34,274 nucleotides of DNA, taken from positions 7,442 to 41,715 of the forward strand of contig CAZCNG010000001.1 of the NCBI GenBank assembly GCA_964500045.1, written 5' to 3'. Below are positions 9,277 to 17,762 of this stretch, piece by piece. How positions within the stretch are numbered: position 1 is the stretch's first letter; each line of letters opens with the position of its first letter. The stretch is from an uncultured Methanomassiliicoccaceae archaeon (GTDB lineage: Archaea > Thermoplasmatota > Thermoplasmata > Methanomassiliicoccales > UBA472). The position numbers and the translations under genes were made by a program. The notes under the pieces were generated by a model. It did no database searches. It saw nothing but the letters and a program-made list of their open reading frames with translations, and was not told where the DNA came from.

Positions 9277-9915
9277 TCAGGACCATTCGTCCGGAATGTT
9301 CTCCAGGAGCGGGGTCCTCCCGGGCTCAAGCTGCATCGCCTCGCAGCGGCAGGATAAGAAATCCAGCGGTTCGATCTCAGAGATGCGATGCCCCTTGTAG
9401 GAGATGACCCACCCCTCCAGCGCGTGCTCCAGCATCCCCCGGGCGAGCATCTCCTCGACGCACTTCATGATGAGGGTGGTGGAGCGGGTGAAATTGCTTC
9501 CTTTCTCCAGGGCCACGCTCTCGGCCGGCCCAGCGGCGGGGATCACCGCCAGCAAGTTGTTGCTACTGCGGACGCACCCGAACACGGCCATGAGATGGTG
9601 AGGCTTGCCATCGGCGACGGTATCCATGCCTGTGGCGGTCCCCTCCGTCCCTCCCGCCACCAGATTCAAAGGGGTGGCGATCAAGGAGAGCTCGATGAGC
9701 GAACGGCAGGTCTCGGCGTCGAACCAGCCGCCATTGGCGGCGGTGTGCAGGACCAGTTTGGGAATGTGGATGGTGTAGCGCGCCAGAATAGCGTACTGTG
9801 AGGCGCCCAGTCGGAGCGGCCCCTCCCTGATCTCCAGCTGCAGCCCTTCGGCCTTGACCAGCCAAAGCCAATCATCCCAGAGATCCTCCGGGATGGGGAC
9901 ATATTCCATCGACAT
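9277..9915 (-). CDS. Hypothetical protein, no domain recognised
   Basis: 212-aa ORF with an ordinary amino-acid composition, unlike the Arg/Gly-rich shadow ORFs around it. It is convergent with the MFS gene and divergent from the PadR gene. Confidence 0.45.
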   Translation of the reverse strand: MSMEYVPIPEDLWDDWLWLVKAEGLQLEIREGPLRLGASQYAILARYTIHIPKLVLHTAANGGWFDAETCRSLIELSLIATPLNLVAGGTEGTATGMDTVADGKPHHLMAVFGCVRSSNNLLAVIPAAGPAESVALEKGSNFTRSTTLIMKCVEEMLARGMLEHALEGWVISYKGHRISEIEPLDFLSCRCEAMQLEPGRTPLLENIPDEWS

Positions 9916-9968
9916 TCACTACAACATGTCCGCACGGATGTAAATCTGTTCCCTTGCTCTGGGACATA

Positions 9969-9988
9969 CTATATAGGTAGAGCTCTAC
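9969..9988 (+). promoter_or_regulatory. Candidate PadR promoter/operator: palindromic TATA-like box CTATATAG followed directly by the perfect 12-bp palindrome GTAGAGCTCTAC
   Basis: Read directly from the sequence. CTATATAG is at 9969-9976 and GTAGAGCTCTAC at 9977-9988, 28 nt upstream of the PadR ATG at 10016 in the 100-bp divergent intergenic region. Confidence 0.4.
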
Positions 9989-10015
9989 TCATTCATTCCC
10001 AAGCGAGGCGTTGAC

Positions 10016-10594
10016 ATGATGGGTAGGGGCCACGAGTACAAGGGCAACCGTGTCAGCATTTCCCAATTCATGATGATGGTCATGCTCCGCAAGGGGCCAA
10101 TGTACGGCTACGAGCTGCTCAAGGCGCTCCGCAAAGCTTTCGAAGGTGCCTGGGTGCCGAAGACCGGCGCCCTCTATCCGGCCCTCAAGCGGCTGGAAGA
10201 GCACGGTTTGATCATCAGCGAGGAGCGCGACGGCAAGGACTATTATTCCCTCACCGGCGAGGGTCGTACCTGGCTCGACGAGCATCTCGCCAGCATATCT
10301 GCGGAGGTCCTGTTCATGCACCGCTATTTCGAAGTGCTGAGCGAGGCCGCAATGGAAGTGCGCGGGCCCGTACATTCACCGCTGCCGAGCAACCTCTTCC
10401 TGCTACTGCAGGATGCGGAGAACGATAAGGACAAGGTGCGCGTCCTGCGCATGATCCGCGAGATGTTGCTGCATAATCTGCAGGGGATCGACCTAGCCAT
10501 CGCCAAGCATGAAAAGGGGGAGCTGGACCCCACTGATGGAGCAAAGGCGTCCACGGCACAGGAAAAGAAGGAGCAGATAGAATGGTCGCAATAA
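10016..10594 (+). CDS. PadR family transcriptional regulator
   Basis: Winged-helix signature MVMLRKGPMYGYELLKALRKAFEGAWVPKTGALYPALKRLEEHGLIISEERDGKDYYSLTGEGRTWL. It overlaps the downstream ABC ATPase gene by 13 nt. Confidence 0.8.
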   Translation: MMGRGHEYKGNRVSISQFMMMVMLRKGPMYGYELLKALRKAFEGAWVPKTGALYPALKRLEEHGLIISEERDGKDYYSLTGEGRTWLDEHLASISAEVLFMHRYFEVLSEAAMEVRGPVHSPLPSNLFLLLQDAENDKDKVRVLRMIREMLLHNLQGIDLAIAKHEKGELDPTDGAKASTAQEKKEQIEWSQ

Positions 10595-11580
10595 TCGAAG
10601 TGAAGGACCTGGTCAAGATCTACAACGGTTCCATCCGGGCCGTCGACAGCATTTCGTTCGAGGTGGCCGAGGGCGAGGTCTTCGGTTTCCTCGGACCGAA
10701 CGGCGCGGGCAAGACCACCACCATCAAGATGCTGACGACCCTGCTGTTGCCGACCAGCGGCACTTGCAAGGTGTGCGGTTACGATTCGGTCAAACAGCCC
10801 ACCGAGGTGCGTCAGTCGATCGGGCTGGTGCCGCAGGAGCTGACCGTGGACGACGATCTGACCGGCCGCGAGAACATGTTGCTGCAGGCGACGCTCTATG
10901 GGGTCGAGCTGAAATTGGCCAAGGGACGGATAGACGACCTGCTCTCCCTGGTGAAGCTGGAAGAAGCCGCCGATCGCCTGGTCAAGACCTACTCTGGAGG
11001 AATGAGGAAGCGCCTGGAGCTGGCCGAAGGATTGATCCACCGGCCCAAGGTGCTCTTCCTGGACGAACCGACGTTGGGTTTGGATATCCAGACGCGCACC
11101 ACGATGTGGGACCATATTCGGGAGTTGAAGAAGACGTCCAATATGACCGTCTTCATGACCACGCACTACCTCGAGGAGGCCGACTCTCTCTGCGATCGCA
11201 TCGGCATCATCGACAAGGGGAAGATCATGGCCATGGACACCCCGCAGAAACTGAAGGACTCGCTGGGCGGGGACGTGATCTCTCTGAAGGTCACCGGGGA
11301 GATGGACTATTCCGAGGCGATCAAGAAGGTCGAGGGAGTGTTCAGCGTCAAGAAGGAGGACGGCTCCTACCGCGTCAAGGTGTTGAACGGTGAGACGGTC
11401 ACGGCGCCGCTGCTGCAAGAGATATCCAAGAGCGGCGGCAAGGTCACCTTTGTCACGCTGGAACGACCCAATATGGACCAGGTCTTCCTGGAGTACACCG
11501 GGCGCTCGCTCCGGGATGCGGAGCAAAGCGGGAGCTTCGATAGGATGGCGGCCGCACGGCAGATGAGGAGGTCGAGCTAG
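10582..11580 (+). CDS. ABC transporter ATP-binding protein (DrrA/ABC-2 exporter type)
   Basis: Walker A GPNGAGKTTT, signature YSGGMRKRL, Walker B VLFLDEPTLGLD, H-loop TTHY. The TAG stop at 11578-11580 abuts the permease ATG. Confidence 0.9.
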   Translation: MVAIIEVKDLVKIYNGSIRAVDSISFEVAEGEVFGFLGPNGAGKTTTIKMLTTLLLPTSGTCKVCGYDSVKQPTEVRQSIGLVPQELTVDDDLTGRENMLLQATLYGVELKLAKGRIDDLLSLVKLEEAADRLVKTYSGGMRKRLELAEGLIHRPKVLFLDEPTLGLDIQTRTTMWDHIRELKKTSNMTVFMTTHYLEEADSLCDRIGIIDKGKIMAMDTPQKLKDSLGGDVISLKVTGEMDYSEAIKKVEGVFSVKKEDGSYRVKVLNGETVTAPLLQEISKSGGKVTFVTLERPNMDQVFLEYTGRSLRDAEQSGSFDRMAAARQMRRSS

Positions 11581-12381
11581 ATGTTCCGCGAGACCATGGC
11601 GCTGACCAACCGGGAGCTGAAGCACTGGTACCGCGCCAAGATCCAGATCTTCATGATGCTGATCCAGCCCATCGTGTGGCTGGGGCTTTTCGGACAGGCA
11701 TTCCCCGCCGATATTCCCAAATGGATGTTGAACGGAGCGCCGGACTACATGTCCTACATGTCCGTGGGACAGTTGGCCATCATCGCGCTCTTCACCTGCA
11801 TGTTCGTGGGAATGTCCCTCGTCTGGGACCGTCGCTTTGGATTCCTGAACAAGTTGAGGGCCGCCCCCATCCCGCGCGCCGCCATCCCCATATCGAGGGT
11901 GCTGGCGACGGTGGTCCGGGCCGTGGTCGCAGCCCTGTTGGTGCTGCTCATCGCCATCCTCTTCACACAGATCCCCGGGCTCAAGGGATTGACCATCACC
12001 GGCAACTTCGGCGTGCTGGAGTTCCTCGGCGTGATACTGATATTGGTGCTGTTGGCCGTGGCCTTCGCCTCGATATTCGTAGCGATCGCGTTAACGATCA
12101 AGCAACAGGAGACGCTGTTCGCGGTGATCAACCTGGTGAACTTGCCGCTGATGTTCGCGTCCGCGGCGCTGTTCCCGATCGCCACTATGCCTACCTGGCT
12201 CCAAGCCGTGGCCAAGGTCAACCCGCTAACGCTGGCGGTCGACGGCATGAGGCAGCTGTTCTTCGCCAATTCGACGGGCATCTACTCGCTGGGCGTGGAC
12301 ATACTGGGACTGGCGCTGTTCTCCGGCTTCTTCCTCGTCGTGGGCATCGTCGTGGCGATGCGCTCCCTCAAGGAGAAGTAG
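11581..12381 (+). CDS. ABC-2 type transporter permease
   Basis: 266 aa with about 6 hydrophobic segments. It follows the ATPase immediately, and its size and topology fit ABC-2 permeases. Confidence 0.8.
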   Translation: MFRETMALTNRELKHWYRAKIQIFMMLIQPIVWLGLFGQAFPADIPKWMLNGAPDYMSYMSVGQLAIIALFTCMFVGMSLVWDRRFGFLNKLRAAPIPRAAIPISRVLATVVRAVVAALLVLLIAILFTQIPGLKGLTITGNFGVLEFLGVILILVLLAVAFASIFVAIALTIKQQETLFAVINLVNLPLMFASAALFPIATMPTWLQAVAKVNPLTLAVDGMRQLFFANSTGIYSLGVDILGLALFSGFFLVVGIVVAMRSLKEK

Positions 12382-12421
12382 GCCGCAGGTCCCGGCCCTC
12401 ATTCCAAAAGAGGTCCAGCCG

Positions 12422-12446
12422 CCTCTCCCTCCCTTCTTTTCCTTTC
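12422..12446 (+). terminator. Pyrimidine/T-rich tract, candidate archaeal terminator of the PadR-ABC operon
   Basis: 25 consecutive C/T bases (cctctccctcccttcttttcctttc) including a TTTT run, 41-65 nt after the permease stop. Confidence 0.35.
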
Positions 12447-12808
12447 AGCCGCATATCTATTCCGACCGTCCAGCCACTTCTGGAAGTTCAAGGTCCCGCG
12501 GTCATGATGGCGTTCTGGCCTCTTGCTCAACCTAGCGCTATGGTTCAGTGGCCGCGCGGGCCTCTCTCCTCGTTCCTATCCATTCGATTCGCATGATCGC
12601 CTATCTTATCGTGAATATCCTTCTTCTCGATCCATGGTATCGGGCTCATCTTCTCGAACGCTTGAGCGCTTTCCGCGACAGGTGTTTGCGAATGAACGAT
12701 CGATGGTCGTGCTGGGTACAGGTTCATATAGGGTCCCCAGCGATATGATGATGCTCTGTCTGGTCGCCTCTTCGTGAGATGTGCCTTCAGGTGGGAGAAA
12801 TGTTCTAA

Positions 12809-14911
12809 ATGAGAAGAATGAACGTCCCGCTGACGTTTGCCATCGCGGCGATGCTGGTGTCCGGCGTCTTCATGGTACTGGGTCCGACGGTGGCCGCCAA
12901 GGCGACGACGGTCGCCGACCCCATCGCCATCGACCTTGGCTACAAGATCCGCGACCAATCGTTCGATCTTCCCCGGTTGTCACAGAATGGCAATACTGCA
13001 GAGAACGCGATACCTGGTGAATATTGGGTGGTTGGCGACGTGGCCCTGTTCTTTATGGGCGCCGATATTAACGGGGATGTCGGATCCAATTTCAAGTGGT
13101 TCACGCTGCGCGTCGCCGAAGACAACTGCGAGGTCTGGACCGCCAATGATATGATGTTCCCCTCGGGAGATCCCAGGAACGCCTATACTTCGAGGCTGAC
13201 CATCACCGACGCGCAGGCCCAGTACATGGCCGACCAGTTCAATGACAATATCTATCCCACCGAGACCCGGTACTTCTCCCCGCCGCCACCGCTCAATGGC
13301 AATGACAGCTACCTCGAGTCCCGGGGATTTCCAGAGAACTGTCTCTTCCCTACCCATGTGGATGGGCGGGTCATGATCATGATCTTCAACATCGTGGATG
13401 CCAATTATTTCGATCCCAGCTACCCGTATTATTTTCCAGGGTTCCACGCCCCGTCGGTCGACTTCTACTATGCTAGGAATATCATCAACATCGACTGCTG
13501 GGACTGGACCAACAGGACCGGCCCGCAGCCGTCCCTGGCAAGCTCCTACCTCTATGAAGGCACCGTGGCCCATGAGTACCAGCACCTGCTGCACGCCTTC
13601 CTGAAACCGACCGATCCCCTATGGATCAATGAGGGCTTCTCCAAGTACGCCGGGATGCTATGTGGCTACGGCGTGCCCGTGACCTCCATCGCCAGCTATC
13701 TGTACACCCCCTCGAACTCCTTGACCATCTGGGGGGACCAGGGCGACATCAACATCCAGGCGGATTTTGGTGCGGCGGCGTTGTTCATGATCTACGTGAA
13801 CGACCACTTCGGCGGTCCGGCCTTCTTCTCCAGCTATATGCAGAATCCCTTTGTTGATGTGGCGGGCATCACCAGCGCCCTAGCCGAGGTCGGCTATTGG
13901 CAATGGACCTTCAACAGCGTCTTCAAAGCATGGCGCCTTGCTAACCTGATCCATGCGGACACGCCAGGCAACGGCCTGTACAACTATAGGTCGGTGGATC
14001 TGGATCAGATCCGAGCTCTGAACATCGATGCCTATTCGGCTAGGGATGGGGGGGTCCTGCGCAGCGAATTCCTGGGACCGGCCATCACCATAAAAGGTTA
14101 TGACACGGGAGTGGCCACCCTCAATGCCTATGGCGTGGACTATTTCAAAGTGGCCGACTTCGCAGGCCTGGCGAAGAGCGCAAGCTGGTTCATCTTTGAC
14201 GGGCAGAGCGATATCTACGCCCCCAGCTGGAGTCGGACCGCGGTCGATGGCGTGGACTACTGGTACTCCGGTACGGGCGTCAATGATGCAGACCGCCAGT
14301 TGGTCGCCTCTCTGGGCCTCGAAGGCGACCCGATCTTCGAATTCGATACCATGTGGTCCCTCGAACAGTATTGGGACTATGGGTTCGTGCAGGTCTCCGA
14401 GGACCACGGGGTCACCTGGGCCTCCTTGGAATATGAGTACACGACCTTCGAGCACATCCCGAGCGGATATCCATCCATCATCGAGAATCTTCCCGGCATT
14501 ACCGGGGCGAGCGATCTGGTGCACATCACCTTGGACCTGTCCGCATATGCTGATGAGAACATCCTCCTCAGCTTCCGCTACATGACCGACTCCGGATCGA
14601 CCCTGGAGGGGTGGTGGGTGAACAACTTCATGTTGGATGGGCAAGAATTGCCGCTGGACCTCTTTGCGCCGATGTGCGCTGTGAGTCACGCGGACTACAC
14701 GGTCTCGCTATACTTCCCGGCCACGGACGTCCTGCCGGCGAGGATCACCGATGTGCCGATCTTCCGTGTCACCGACACCGGTGTCAGATACCTGGCCTGG
14801 TTCTCCGGCTACACCGAAGCGTACATCTTGTTCAGCCCCAGCAACGGGCCGATCGACTATGAATTCGGTATCCTGACCTCCGCCGGGTTGGACCCCCTGC
14901 CGGCGGTCTGA
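12809..14911 (+). CDS. Secreted gluzincin metalloprotease (HExxH...NEG; MA clan, M30/hyicolysin-like by motif), paralog 1
   Basis: 700 aa. N-terminal signal/anchor MRRMNVPLTFAIAAMLVSGVFMVLGPTVAAKA. Zinc site VAHEYQHLLH followed 15 residues later by WINEGFSKYA (third ligand Glu). About half of its residues are identical to the next gene by eye. Confidence 0.7.
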   Translation: MRRMNVPLTFAIAAMLVSGVFMVLGPTVAAKATTVADPIAIDLGYKIRDQSFDLPRLSQNGNTAENAIPGEYWVVGDVALFFMGADINGDVGSNFKWFTLRVAEDNCEVWTANDMMFPSGDPRNAYTSRLTITDAQAQYMADQFNDNIYPTETRYFSPPPPLNGNDSYLESRGFPENCLFPTHVDGRVMIMIFNIVDANYFDPSYPYYFPGFHAPSVDFYYARNIINIDCWDWTNRTGPQPSLASSYLYEGTVAHEYQHLLHAFLKPTDPLWINEGFSKYAGMLCGYGVPVTSIASYLYTPSNSLTIWGDQGDINIQADFGAAALFMIYVNDHFGGPAFFSSYMQNPFVDVAGITSALAEVGYWQWTFNSVFKAWRLANLIHADTPGNGLYNYRSVDLDQIRALNIDAYSARDGGVLRSEFLGPAITIKGYDTGVATLNAYGVDYFKVADFAGLAKSASWFIFDGQSDIYAPSWSRTAVDGVDYWYSGTGVNDADRQLVASLGLEGDPIFEFDTMWSLEQYWDYGFVQVSEDHGVTWASLEYEYTTFEHIPSGYPSIIENLPGITGASDLVHITLDLSAYADENILLSFRYMTDSGSTLEGWWVNNFMLDGQELPLDLFAPMCAVSHADYTVSLYFPATDVLPARITDVPIFRVTDTGVRYLAWFSGYTEAYILFSPSNGPIDYEFGILTSAGLDPLPAV

Positions 14912-15196
14912 TCGGACCAGGTATGAGATCAGGGCAAACCGTTTCCCATCCATTTCCCTCCCGCGGCAAGGTCCTGCTCCGACCATCCCTGCCCCTCCTT
15001 AATGATCGGGGCCTCTGCCCACCATAGGGGGCGTATCTTGCTGGAACGATGGAGAACTTTCTGCGGCAGATTCCTTGCGCGCAGAAAATGGAATGCCAGT
15101 CAGGTAGAGTTTCTTATAGACGTCCCGGACATGGTATAGGGTTCCGTTCGGCTTCCCTTGGTGGGGAGATGCCTTCGGGTAGGGGAATGATTCCAG

Positions 15197-17287
15197 ATGA
15201 AGAGGATGAATACTATGCTCAGCGTGGCCATTGCAATGATGATGATATCCGGCGCCTTCATGGTGCTGGCCCCCATGGCGGTGGCCAAGGCGCCCCCGGT
15301 GATCGCCGACCCCGACGGAATAGACCTCGGGTTTGAGATACGAGCGCAGGTATTCGATCCGCCTGCGCTATCGCAGAACGGCCACACGGTCGAGGAGGCC
15401 GCGCCGGGCGACTACTGGGTCGTCGGCGACAGAGCGCTCTACTACACTGGCGCCTACGGCAAGACCGCGTTCATGCAGTTCTCCATGCGGGGGAGCGGGA
15501 CGGATTGCGAATTGTGGACCGCCGAAGACATGCTCTTCCCCGTGGGGGATCCCCGGAACGCGTTCACCTCCAGGATATCTATCACCGACCAACAGGTCGA
15601 ATACATAATCGGGCAGTACGACAACACCGTAAGCCCTCTGGAGACGGAATACTACGCTCCCGCGCCGCCCCGGAACGGCAGTGGCGGCCTGTTCGAGGAA
15701 CACGACTATCCCGAAGCCATGCTGTTCCGCACGCACCAGCCTGGCAAGCTCATGATCATGGTCTTCAACATCGTCGACGAGAACTATTGGAACGTCAGCT
15801 ACCCCTACATGGTACTGGGCTACTTCTCCCCCTCGCTGAGCGATGACTATGCCCGCAACATCATCCATCTCGACGTGTGGGATTGGGACAATCGGTCTGG
15901 GCCACAGACCTTGAGCGACCGGGCCTATCAGATCGAGGGCGTCCTGGCCCACGAATACCAGCATCTGCTGCACAATTTCATCGATCCGCACGAGGAGCTC
16001 TTCATCAACGAGGGCTGCTCCATGTACACGGAGCTGGTGTGCGGCTACAGCAGGCTGGACTCGCGCATCGCCCGCTACCTGTTCAGCCCCTCCAATTCCC
16101 TCACCCTCTGGCAGGACCAGGGCACCATCAACCTGATCGCCGACTACGGGGCCGCCGCCGCCTTCATGCTCTACCTGGCCGACCACTTCGGGGGCGTCGG
16201 TTTCGTCGGTTCTCTGATCCGGAACACCTTGACCGGGCCTGCCAGCGTGACCAGCACCCTTGGGGAGACGGGCCATTGGCAGTGGACCTATGCCCAGGTG
16301 TTCAAAGCCTGGCGCATGGCCAATCTCATCCACGCCGACACTCCGGGAAATGGCCTCTACAACTATCGCTCCATCGACATCGGAGCCATCCTGAACCTGA
16401 ACGTGAGCACCTACGTCAAGAGCGACGGCCTGATATCGCGGAGTCAATTCCTAGGGCCTATCTACAGCATGGAAGGGTATGATACCGGCTTCACGACCGT
16501 GAGCGATTACGGCGTCGACTACTACCGCCTAGCGGGCATGGACCAACGATCTTGGATGGAAAGCCAGCTCGTGTTCTCTGGCCAGAGAATGATCACTGGT
16601 GACAATTGGCACTTGATCGAGGAGGATGGCGTGGAATTCTGGAGCTCGGAGACCCAGCGAACCTCGGCCGACATGGAGCTGGTCGCGGCGCTGAGCCTCG
16701 GGAGCGATCCGGTGTTCGAATTCGACAGTGAGTGGTCCATCTTCCCGAGCTTCGAATATGGATTCGTGCAGGTGTCCACCGACCTGGGCACCTCATGGCA
16801 GTCCCTTGCCTTCGAGTACACCACCTCTGATACCATCAGGGAGACCAGTGAGCGCATGATCGCCAATTTACCGGGCATCACCGGTGACAGTGGCGGCCTG
16901 GTGCACATCAACCTGGACCTTCAGCAGTATGCTGGTCTGGATGTCCTCCTCGGCTTCAGGTCCATGACCGGATGGGGCATCCCCTCACCCAACGGATGGA
17001 AGGTCAATAACTTCACGCTGGATGGAGATGCGCTGTCGTTGGACGCCTTCATGCCGGCATACAAGAAATCGGACTACCTGGTATCTCTCTACTTCCCGGC
17101 CACCGCGACATTGCCGGCGAGGGTCACCGACGTGCCGATCTTCAGCGTCACTGACCGGGGCATCAGAGTCCTAGCGTGGTTCGCCGGGTACGATGAAGCG
17201 TATCTCGTGGTGAGCCCGACCAGGGGGCCGGCCGATTACCGGTTGGGATTGATCGGATATGGTCCGGTCGGCGAGGTATCTCCCTAG
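15197..17287 (+). CDS. Secreted gluzincin metalloprotease (HExxH...NEG), paralog 2
   Basis: 696 aa. Signal MKRMNTMLSVAIAMMMISGAFMVLAPMAVAKA. LAHEYQHLLH...FINEGCSMY. Collinear with paralog 1 along its whole length, for example KAWR(L/M)ANLIHADTPGNGLYNYRS. Confidence 0.7.
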   Translation: MKRMNTMLSVAIAMMMISGAFMVLAPMAVAKAPPVIADPDGIDLGFEIRAQVFDPPALSQNGHTVEEAAPGDYWVVGDRALYYTGAYGKTAFMQFSMRGSGTDCELWTAEDMLFPVGDPRNAFTSRISITDQQVEYIIGQYDNTVSPLETEYYAPAPPRNGSGGLFEEHDYPEAMLFRTHQPGKLMIMVFNIVDENYWNVSYPYMVLGYFSPSLSDDYARNIIHLDVWDWDNRSGPQTLSDRAYQIEGVLAHEYQHLLHNFIDPHEELFINEGCSMYTELVCGYSRLDSRIARYLFSPSNSLTLWQDQGTINLIADYGAAAAFMLYLADHFGGVGFVGSLIRNTLTGPASVTSTLGETGHWQWTYAQVFKAWRMANLIHADTPGNGLYNYRSIDIGAILNLNVSTYVKSDGLISRSQFLGPIYSMEGYDTGFTTVSDYGVDYYRLAGMDQRSWMESQLVFSGQRMITGDNWHLIEEDGVEFWSSETQRTSADMELVAALSLGSDPVFEFDSEWSIFPSFEYGFVQVSTDLGTSWQSLAFEYTTSDTIRETSERMIANLPGITGDSGGLVHINLDLQQYAGLDVLLGFRSMTGWGIPSPNGWKVNNFTLDGDALSLDAFMPAYKKSDYLVSLYFPATATLPARVTDVPIFSVTDRGIRVLAWFAGYDEAYLVVSPTRGPADYRLGLIGYGPVGEVSP

Positions 17288-17502
17288 GCGCTCGCGGACG
17301 AGCCGCTCTCCCCATCAAACGAGGCCTCATGGCATCGTCTTCCCTTTCTCCATGATGAAGCTCCAGCTGTAATGCTGGTACGCAATAACGCCGCATTCCA
17401 TTGCATGCCTGTGCGCCCGCAGCCCCGCGGTCGGGCCGCACCGAGCGCTAGCGGATGGAAGCAGCCCACGCTCTTCTGAGAACTGTCATTCCAGCGGACG
17501 CG

Positions 17503-17697
17503 CTAGTTCTTCCTTCGCAGCACCACGCCATGGCTGAGGAAGTTGATCTCCTTCACTTCCACATGCTCGAGGACGATGCGCTCACCTACGACATCGGTGA
17601 CCGTGGCGATGTCGCCCTCGAAAACGATCCGGGCCACCTCACGCATCTGCTCGCGCACATGACCTCCCTCTTCCAGGTAGAGCGTGGACTCACACAT
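17503..17697 (-). CDS. cooT: CooT-family small nickel-binding protein
   Basis: 64 aa starting MCESTLYLEE (conserved Cys2), with the alternating beta-strand pattern typical of CooT/PF10133-like proteins (GDIATVTDVVGERIVL...EINFLSHGVVL). Confidence 0.55.
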   Translation of the reverse strand: MCESTLYLEEGGHVREQMREVARIVFEGDIATVTDVVGERIVLEHVEVKEINFLSHGVVLRRKN

Positions 17698-17762
17698 GCT
17701 GGGGTGATGGTGGCAAGGGCCTGGTATAGGTTTCGGGCGAAATCGAGAAGTCGGCCGTTTGC

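Noticed and set aside
10324-11625. 433-aa ORF antisense to the first ABC ATPase gene
   Set aside because: This is a shadow ORF typical of high-GC DNA. It is Arg/Gly/His/Leu/Asp-rich with no motifs, whereas the opposite strand carries unmistakable Walker A/B and ABC signature motifs.
12743-12832. Possible C/D-box sRNA (ATGATGA at about 12745, CTGA at about 12829)
   Set aside because: The boxes are about 84 nt apart, too long for archaeal C/D sRNAs. There are no proper D'/C' boxes, and the D box would lie inside the protease coding sequence. A similar weak candidate at 19501-19581 (ATGATGG ... CTGA) fails for the same reasons.
12545-12958. 137-aa minus-strand ORF bridging the spacer and the start of protease 1, and the plus-strand ORFs at 12523-12777 and 12548-12748
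   Set aside because: They have no motifs and an odd composition. The longest overlaps the protease signal-peptide region antisense. I treat them as non-coding pending expression data.
15368-16447. 359-aa ORF antisense to protease paralog 2, plus similar ORFs at 12980-13594 and 13880-14689 antisense to paralog 1
   Set aside because: These are shadow ORFs with Gly/Val/Asp/His/Arg-rich low-information sequence. The sense frames are conserved between the two paralogs, and these frames are not needed to explain that.
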